A stretch of 64,000 bases of DNA from NCBI GenBank assembly GCA_951406725.2, contig OX597817.1, forward strand, positions 117,614,001-117,678,000, written 5' to 3'. A program made the position numbers and the translations under genes. Source of the DNA: Octopus vulgaris. Taxonomy: Eukaryota. Shown piece after piece: positions 55,130 through 64,000 of this stretch. The notes under the pieces are model-generated. The model did not search any database. It was not told where the DNA came from and saw only the letters and a program-made list of their open reading frames with translations. Each line of letters starts with the position of its first letter. The stretch's first letter is position 1.

Positions 55130-56000
55130 GTAGTTCTGCCGTGGGAGTCTCTGATATTTCCAATACATAACAAATACATATATAGGCTAGTCCGTTGTCT
55201 TTGTTTTCGTAACGATGTAGCGTATAGGCTGTTACATTATCCAGGATCCAAATTTTGAAGGGGGAATTACGTGATTTGAGGAATATTTGATTTTTATTTT
55301 TAGTAGCAGATCGATACAAGTGCTAAAATCAATAACTTTGTTTCTGATCTTAAAAGCCTTTGATATATAAACAGATCCTATTATATAGAGATACTAAACG
55401 CAAGTCAATAAATGTCTTTTGGCAGTTGCTGCTGTTTGACCCTCGGTCGCTTATGAAGTATGTTATGCAAATAACTGGTTAAACAAACAGCAGTAATCCA
55501 TACATCCGTTGTTCCAGATTTTACCGCTGGTGATGAAACACGAGCTATTGTATTCAAACTCTTATTCACGTGACGTCTATTCTAACATACAGTTAGAACT
55601 AATTTACCTAGAATAGTAGTTCGTTATTAAAGAATAGTATGACAAATTAAAGGAGTTTTTTGTTGCTCATTCAAGCAAATTGAGTGACTGCGTAATTCTT
55701 TTTTCGTTGATTAGACAAGATATACATAGTTGTCATTCACATTCGTATAAACAGTATGAATGTTTTGAAAGAAGTGGTTAGTGTGTGTATTTGCTTATAA
55801 GACCGTTTAAGTGTTGCAGGATAGAGAGAGCCTGCTATTATGTAGTTGGCAACTTAGATCGGCACTAAAACGATACAATTTGTCCTGCATACATAATAAG
55901 TTTATACGCTGTTTCTTTAAACACAAAAGGATATATACAAGTAAAATGTAATGGAGCGAAGGAGCTTGCAATATATGAAACATCATTCACACCAATGAAC
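55130..56000 (-). pseudogene. Degraded hAT transposase relic
   Basis: TTDVWIT...TSYL, then ILDNVTA...ICICYVL, matching hAT order D-W, D, CxxH. Confidence 0.4.
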
Positions 56001-57503
56001 TGTCCAACAACAAAAGTATATATATAGCATAACAACAGGATTTATTTTGAAATACGAATGAGCCATTATTTGCTTGTCAGAAAAATTAGTTATCGTTTCC
56101 AGTTAGCAGTGGAATATTGCAACTAGAAGAGCAAATAGATTTGACGACTTAATTTCCCTGTCAAATACAGACAAACTAAGGCACAGGGGTCATTCATTCA
56201 CATACTTAATTATAACAATGAGTTCGTGTGTAAGGATAAACATGGAGAAATTTAAGCATTCATATATGCTTGCATTACCGACATCTATACAGCAGGGCCG
56301 GAAAGAAGACTGGTAGTTTGTATAACATTATTCATGAAGCAGAAGTCTTAGCAACACTTCAAGAATGCATCTGCCTTTGAGAAACCATAAGATACAAGGA
56401 ACATATACGTACACTCCCCAGTAGGGTTCAAGTTATTGCAGGAATCAACCCAGCGGTTGCAGACAAAGTTATGCATGGGTTGTTACACTTGATATATAGA
56501 ACACTTATTCTGACTCATTTGAAACCATTCGATTTTGATTGTGTGCGCATGTGTTGGGAAGCTTTCATTTTGTCACAGGATAATATTAGACCTTTGCCGC
56601 TATTTTCTTTCCAACGGTCGCTTGCTCGAGAGCTTTAATGAAATTTACTATAAATATATGTATAAAATAATTTTTGCCCAGAGAATAGTAAACCAACAAA
56701 GTATATCTAATATTAACTTTAGTCGCCTATTTTCACACATTTACACAGATGTCTTATGCTACAAGTGTTTTTATATTATTGTGGTTGTTGCTAATTTTAG
56801 TCCTAAATCACTGTGGAGGGAGTTATAACAATTTTAAATATTCCATACGGATGGTTTTAATTAGACAGACTAGTGTGACAGCTGCACAACTACGTAAAGT
56901 CTTATTTGGCCGCCATGCCATGTGAATAATTATCATGTGGTTATTATTATCTTATTGACGAAAGATTGTTGAGATAAAAGTTAGAATCAGCTCTTTTAAT
57001 GCATTTTAGTGCTATTCTGAATAGTATAGACGTCGAAGACAGTAGTTCTGAAATTATACAAATACTTCCTTTTTTCAAGACAATGTCCAGTTATTTTACA
57101 TCCTCTATTCTTATATTTCATGTTAATTCAAAGATGTGTTTTATTCTATGTGAGTAGAAACATTGATACACAGTAAACTTTATTGGCAACAATTCTCTGA
57201 GATTTCAAGCTTGCACTTAAATGGTAGTGCTAAGAAACTCATGGCACTTTAAGTACCATGAAATGTGCAATAGGACATTTAGCTTACTTAGCTAGCAACA
57301 TTAAGTAAATACAAATTGTTGTTGTTAGAAACATCTATTTTAATTTCACTTCAGCAATATTTAATTTTAAATAAATAAACATATAATCTAGTACTCTTCA
57401 GAAAGAGCTGTAGTCCATTCTTGGAAGTGTTAAAAGGATTTGAGTTACACTAAGCGTCAAGATGATGTTGAAGATTACTACAGATAACAGAACGACAAAG
57501 ATC

Positions 57504-57746
57504 TCTCAGTTCTATATGTAAGAGATGAGGAAGTATGTACATTATTTACAATATTTACATTTGATGGATATTTGTCCTCATCTTGTTTGTTGTTAACACA
57601 ACGTTTCGGCTGGTATACCCTCCAGCCTTCATCAGGGCAGATGCCGTAGTGGTTGAGAGCGCGGGCTACTAACCCCAAGATTCCGAGTTCGATTCCAGGC
57701 AGTGACTTGAATGACAACAACAACAACAATAATAATGATAATGATG

Positions 57747-57821
<75 letters not shown>

Positions 57822-57953
57822 TCGAAAAATAACTTAGGAAATAGAACCCACGTTCGAAATTTCCCCAAGACAATTTATATCAGCCGAAACGTTGTGTTAA
57901 CAACAAACAAGATGAGGACAAATATCTGTCAAATGTAAATAAGGTAAATAATG
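57504..57953 (+). mobile_element. tRNA-headed, HHR-tailed non-autonomous element with an inverted 3' copy and 10-bp TSD
   Basis: TSD GACAAAGATC at 57494-57503 and 57954-57963; tRNA-like head 57635-57707 (B-box GTTCGATTCC at 57687-57696); (AAT)n; arms 57540-57617 and 57877-57953 are inverted. Confidence 0.85.
57595..57636 (-). ncRNA. Hammerhead ribozyme core (5' strand of stem I missing in this copy)
   Basis: CTGATGA-a-ggctgg-agggtata-ccagcc-GAAA-cg-TT-gtgtt. Confidence 0.75.
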
Positions 57954-58974
57954 GACAAAGATCGTTTTTTTTTCAGTGTAGCTGATATTAGAAGTTTAAA
58001 GCTGGTACTTGAGGAAACTCGTAGGAACTAAATGCATGTACGTTAACAGTTTTATGAAGACATTCGTACGAAGTACATTACCATTTGCATTAAAATATAT
58101 TTTGAATTTAATGAAAGTAGAACATTATATCGCATGCATTTTGGGGAATATATTAAAACACTTAATTTTCATATATAAAACTTTATTGCACATAAAAGCC
58201 TTAAAGAACATTAACACCAAAGATAATGCTATATTGCTTTAACGAAGAAGGAACGGTAAAAATGTACGTAAAACATTGTAATAAATAAATTAAAAGTAGC
58301 TCGTAAAATAGTTAACAAAGACATCTTGTATTGGAAACTCAAATTGTGTACAGAACACGGAATTAATACGTAATCAATTCCACATGTTTATTGACAAAAT
58401 GTTAGGAATCACGAATTAGTTTCTTGAATAATTAAATAAACACATTTTAAATCTTTTAAATGTCTTAGAAATACAGTAATGAATAATTGAATACTCACGA
58501 TAAGTTATACCTACGCATATATATGCATTGTATGTGCTTTCATATATATATATATATGTATATATATATGCGTGTGTGTGCGTGTGTACACATACATACA
58601 CTAAAAACATACATACATATATGCGTACGTATGTGTATGTGTACGTGTGTGCGTGTGTGTGTATGTGTGTGTGTGTGTGTGCGCGCGTGATTATTAGGTT
58701 GTTGCACTCACGACTACATGCACGTGGATTCCTTTGCTGAATCTGGTTTTGCGTTGGGTTCTCGAGCAAAAACTCATAATTTCAAGCTGCTCTTTGATAA
58801 TATTATCACGTGACGTGGAGCACACTGTGCATCTGTAAAGGCAATGTCACTTAGTTCAGGAAGTGGGCTAATGTAGAGCGCAAACATTTTATCAACATAA
58901 GCATCACACTTGAGCAGATTGTTCGGCAAGAAGAAGCTGAACACACATCTGTACCTAAAGACATGAGAGTCCGT

Positions 58975-59006
<32 letters not shown>

Positions 59007-59074
59007 TACATACATATATATATATATCACGGTGATATGTATATATATATACATGTGTGTGTGTATATATATAT

Positions 59075-59263
59075 ATAGTTTAGATTTGAAGAAAACAAAG
59101 GACGAAAATAGGTGTAGGTATAACAAGCAGGTGTATTAGTTTAACAGTTGGGAAGAATGGAAAAGTCTTTTACATTTCGAACCTACGCTCTTTGACAGGA
59201 AGAACTACGAAGAAAACGAAGCAAAGATGAAATAAAAAAACCGAGATAAAGAAATGTGTATGG

Positions 59264-59265
<2 letters not shown>
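59075..59265 (-). mobile_element. PLE-type tail with degenerate A6U HHR (59166-59203)
   Basis: tcttc-CTGTCAA-a-gagc-gtag-gttc-GAAA-tg-TA-aaaga; tail homologous to 61257-61345. Confidence 0.7.
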
Positions 59266-59301
<36 letters not shown>

Positions 59302-59336
59302 ATAGGGATGTGTAAGGATTATGTATAAACGTGATA

Positions 59337-59492
59337 GGCGTAGAAGTGGGTCCGTAGTAAGAAGCTCGCTTCAAACAACACGTTTCGGGTTGAGTGCCAC
59401 TGCTTGGCACCTTGAGCAAGTCTCTTCTACTATAGCTGCGTCCGACCAAAGCCTTGCGGGTGGTTTTGGTAGATGGAAACTGGAAGCCCGTA

Positions 59493-59562
<70 letters not shown>

Positions 59563-59785
59563 TTATGTATGTATTTGTGAGTCTTGTGTTTATCCTCACC
59601 ATCGCTTGACAACAGACTCGGTGTGTTTACGTCCATGTAATTTATTGGTTCGGCAAAAGCAACCGATAGAATAAGTAATAAGCTACAGAAATTAAGTCCT
59701 AGGGTTGATTTGTTCAATTAAAGGTGTTGCTCTAGCATCGCCGCAGTCAAATGACTGAAGTGAGTAAAAGAATAAAAGAATAAAA
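59337..59785 (+). mobile_element. SINE family A, full length
   Basis: Matches 36701-37125. Confidence 0.88.
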
Positions 59786-59822
59786 TAATATATATGTAAG
59801 TATGTACTCGATACGAGACACA

Positions 59823-59883
<61 letters not shown>

Positions 59884-60167
59884 GAATATGTAATAATGAT
59901 ACACTTATAAATTTCAGCGATATCAAAATATTGGAGCAGAGACATTTGTTATCTTGGTGTAGATCTAAATGCCGTTTACTTGTAATTTTAATAGTTTCTG
60001 ATTTCTCATCTGCCACGTGTCTGTTTTCTTTTCGTATCTTCGGGTACGAGAAATTAAGATGAGCTAACGAATAATGATGTAGTTTACCCAATCGGCCAAT
60101 CCAGTTTCTAGGAAAGAAGAAGGATTTTATACTCCGAAAGCCAAGTTAATATCTTAATAGAAAACTA

Positions 60168-60560
60168 ATCGACGACGTGTCAGAATCGTTGGCACGTCGT
60201 CAGTATATATGTTCTGAGTTCAAATTCCACCGAGATCGACTTCGCCTTTCATCCTTTCGGTTTCGATAAATTAAGTACCAGTTGCGTAATGGGGTCGATC
60301 TAATCGACTGCCCCCACCCCTCTCAAAAAATTTCGGGCCTAGTGTAGAAAAGAATATCTTAATAGAAAATAAGGCAACGACGTGTCAAAATCGTTGGCAC
60401 GTCGTCTGTCTTAACGCTCTGAGTTCAAATTCCGCCGAGATCAACTTTGCTTTTCAGTATTTTGGGTTCGAAAAATTAAGTACCAGGTGATCACTGCGGT
60501 CGATGTAAATCACTTATCCCCTCCCCCGAATCTTCTGGACTTGTACTATAATTTGAATCT
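60168..60560 (+). mobile_element. Two SINE B-variant copies in tandem
   Basis: Each has a gagttcaaattcc B-box and family B body; separated and flanked by AATATCTTAATAGAAAA-like repeats. Confidence 0.85.
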
Positions 60561-60598
60561 AATATTTAAATAGAAAATTAACCAAGTAAAGTATATCT

Positions 60599-61353
60599 CA
60601 CCCCTTCTTCCACTCTACCCCACACCCTTACCCTATACACCTCACCCCTATCCGACTCCTCTCCCCCATATACCTCACCCATATCCCATGCCCCTCCCCC
60701 ACATACCTCACCTCTAACCCCACCCTCTACCTACCCACAACCCCCACTCTACCCTAAACCCCAGCCGAACCCACACCCCACCTGTGCTTTCCCCACTCTC
60801 GCCTCCCCACCTCCCCACAACATCACACCACACTACACTACACCATACAACATTACACATTACATCTCAACACACCACCCACAGCACACCGCTCACACAC
60901 CCATCTTCACATCTTTACACCTACACATACATACACACATCACATCACAACACACCACCCACATATCCATCCCCACATCTCCACACCCACACATACATAC
61001 ACACGTACGTCCAGACAACCAGCCCTCTTTCACACGCACATACATACTCTCTTATACACGCACCTTGGTGTTGGGGCACTTTCGTATTGGAAGTCACTTG
61101 ACCCTGTTATCTCCCCTACTGTCCCTCTCGCGTCTCACCACTGTCCGAAGTCAGGACGCCATGATAGATCGTTAGCTTCTACACGCATTTTTTTCTCTCT
61201 CCTTTTTTTTTCTGTGTATCTTTCTGTCGAAGAGCGTAGGCTCGAAACGTAAAAGACTTTTTCTATTTCTATTCCTGAGCGCTATACTAATACATTTGTT
61301 TGTTTGTACTCCACCTGCCTTCGTCTTTTGTTTATTTTCGTAAACTTTCCCGT
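60599..61353 (+). mobile_element. 5'-truncated non-coding PLE-type insertion with 12-bp TSD and terminal HHR
   Basis: TSD TAAAGTATATCT at 60587-60598 and 61354-61365; C/A-rich body; HHR at 61219-61256. Confidence 0.85.
61219..61256 (+). ncRNA. Minimal type I hammerhead ribozyme, A6U core variant
   Basis: tcttt-CTGTCGA-a-gagc-gtag-gctc-GAAA-cg-TA-aaaga; perfect stems I and II. Confidence 0.78.
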
Positions 61354-61759
61354 TAAAGTATATCTGTATTCTATAGCATTTCAGATTTGCTCATCTACTT
61401 TTTTTCTTTACCATCATACTAAAACGAAAACATGTAGAATGGGATAGAAAATTCCTCAGCTGTTTCCCTCGGGTCAAGTGAGTAGTTGGATTTACTGCTG
61501 TGTTAACTAGAATCCTTTAATATCGTGGATCGCAGTTTGCTTCAAATAGGAACAATTGACCTTGATTTGGATTTGTGTCTTAAGACATTATGGGAGGTTT
61601 AAGAAGATTAAATCAATCTAGCTCTTCATATATAATGAGTTGAAACAATCCGCTGTTGCTATTTACTGATGTAGTCTTTCGTTCACTAACATTTCCTTAA
61701 GCCATTATTCTTCTTTAATTTTTAAAAATCTTTTGTGGATTTTTCATTGACAAGTTATT

Positions 61760-61975
61760 CTTTTATTCTTTTATTTGTTTCATTCATGAAGAATTTAAGT
61801 CATATGAATCGACCCAAGGGCTTTAATCTTTTAAGCATGGTACTTATTCTATTGGTCTTTTTGCCGAACCAGTAAGTTACAGAAACTTAAACACACCAAC
61901 ACCGGTTATCAAACCTGGCGGGGGGGGGTAACAAACGCAAACACATACACACACACTCTCTCTCCCTCCCTCCCC

Positions 61976-62019
<44 letters not shown>

Positions 62020-62085
62020 ACGACAGACTTTCAATTTTCCTGGTCGGGAAGCAAACTTCTTAACACACAGCTACTCCTGCGCCTA
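61760..62085 (-). mobile_element. SINE family A with internal deletion
   Basis: Matches other family A copies. Confidence 0.8.
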
Positions 62086-62679
62086 TGTTTAATCATCAAT
62101 AACTGAAATTCTAATAATGTGAATAGTTAATATCCTACTGATGTATATCAGCATTCAGCTTATATCAAACTGGAAAGAAATATCGAAAAAAAGGAAAACA
62201 AATAAACAAGTGAAAGCTAAAATATCTGACGAAGTGACATCTTCCCGGAAATCGTTTTATTAAATATTCCGCCAGTGCTTTCAATTTATAACGTTATTAA
62301 GTGACGGTCTCATCCTCACAGGGGTAGTCAGCAGCTGCTATAACAGGATATCAACTTGCTGCATATGAAACTTGCACTTGCTGAAACAATTTACACTGCT
62401 AACCGTAATGCAAGCACAATTGGCTTCAAATGTTTAGACAATCACACCGACTGCAATACACATAAGTTTAGACCTTGAGTTATTTTTATCTATTTATCGA
62501 AATGCTAAAGCGTGTTACATATACGGGCACAAAAATAAAGAGTGCCTAAAGTTTATTGGACATAAATATAATCAAAGTTTACACATATACTGACGTACAC
62601 ACGCACATACATACATACATACATACATACATACATACATACATACATACATACATACATACTACACAAAGACACACAT

Positions 62680-62795
62680 ACGCCGGGCTTCTTTCAGTTT
62701 CCCTCTACTAAATCCACTCACGGTCCGAGAGTATAGAAGAGGATACTTGCCCAAACAGTGGGACTGAACCCAGAACCATGTGGTTGGGAAGTACT
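62680..62795 (-). mobile_element. SINE family A fragment
   Basis: gggcttctttcagtttcc...gggactgaacccagaaccatgtggttggg. Confidence 0.8.
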
Positions 62796-64000
62796 ATGTG
62801 TGTGTGGGTGCACAGACCGGTTCATATATATCAGAGGTTCATATATATCAAATACTGATAACAGCATATCATTGTTTTAAATAATGCGCATATAGTAACG
62901 ATATATTTACCAGATATCGTCTACGCTCACCTGGTAGCCACTATAGATATCCTTCTTGGAATTCTTCGTGATATCACTATACATTAAAATGACCAGATAA
63001 AAGACAATTTTGTGTTATCCAGCGACGTAATTCTTAGGTTTTCCATTTTAATCTTTATTTTCAGTTTGTTATATTAGCCATCAATCTATACCTCTTTTCT
63101 AATTCTCATTTCAATATAGTTTTTGTTTAAACTTTTCATAATTTGGGAGCTGGGTTACTTCTTTCTTATTTGTCTTCGGTTTTCTGTCCGTGAAAGTGTT
63201 CCCTAAAAATTATTCTGTACATATTTTGAATTTAAACTTCATCTCCTTTAATTTAAAGCAATTATGCATCATAATTTTCTGTTTATAAATATGGTGGTGT
63301 TTACCATAAAGAAACAGATGTTGAGTAGAATAAAAATATGAACTATATGAGAAGTTAATATTTTTCTGCTATTATGCTAAGCACAAAGATACGCATGCGC
63401 CTTCCTACACAATGTACATTTTGTTACTCTTTTTGTCTTACTATTTCCATATTTTTGACATACAATATATTTTGCCAAAGGTTTACGTTTTATTTTTCTT
63501 TCTGCGTTTTTTTTCTTTCTCTATTTATCACTGTTATGTATTCACCTGTATTAAAATTCAATTGCAAACGTAATGTAAATTCTGAAAAAGGTGACCCATT
63601 ACAATTCTTATTTTCATTACATTTCCATGAAGTTTATTTCCTTTCAGAAAATCGGACATGTTTTCTGTTATGAAACACTCCATTGTATGCAATATCCATG
63701 TTATTGATGAAACTGTATCGCAGGAAGTCAATATTCAATTCAGTGTATTTGCTTCGAGGTGGGAAAATCATTGAATACTTTCAACATCTTAATATTGGTG
63801 TCACTTCAATTCAATTCAACACACAGACGCCTTTACGCCTATTTCGTATCCTGAAGACCTGTCACCAGTAAAGTCACATACACACACACACACACACACA
63901 CACGTGTGAGAGAGACAGAGACAGAAAGAGACAGGGGAAGTGGAGGTGTATGTGTGAATGTATATGCGCATTAAACTGTATGTTGATTAACAGAGAAATC

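Noticed and set aside
57635-57707. Functional tRNA gene
   Set aside because: No proper acceptor stem, an atypical ACT anticodon position and no oligo-T terminator; it sits inside a TSD-bounded insertion, so it is treated as a SINE head.

Overview
AT-rich eukaryotic DNA dense in microsatellites and transposons. The SINE families and (TA)n/(CA)n/(CATA)n tracts look like a cephalopod (Octopus-type) genome; this is recognition from memory, not a search. Most ORFs in the supplied track are microsatellite artefacts. Real coding signals are: a 5'-truncated but uninterrupted Penelope-like element (PLE; RT + GIY-YIG, 45568-48590), a degraded PLE with inverted terminal copies (3480-6125), a Helitron relic (17200-19280), hAT/piggyBac/Chapaev/mariner/RTE relics, a probable host first coding exon (6541-6692, minus), and an intronless Myb/SANT-polyQ-polyT-2xCCCH frame broken by one TAG (20681-21850, minus). 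The main hidden theme is a set of minimal hammerhead ribozyme (HHR) motifs in PLE-type 3' ends, with canonical, U3-A8 covariant and A6U cores. These occur in outward-facing inverted (foldback) pairs and in one TSD-bounded element with a tRNA/Pol III head.
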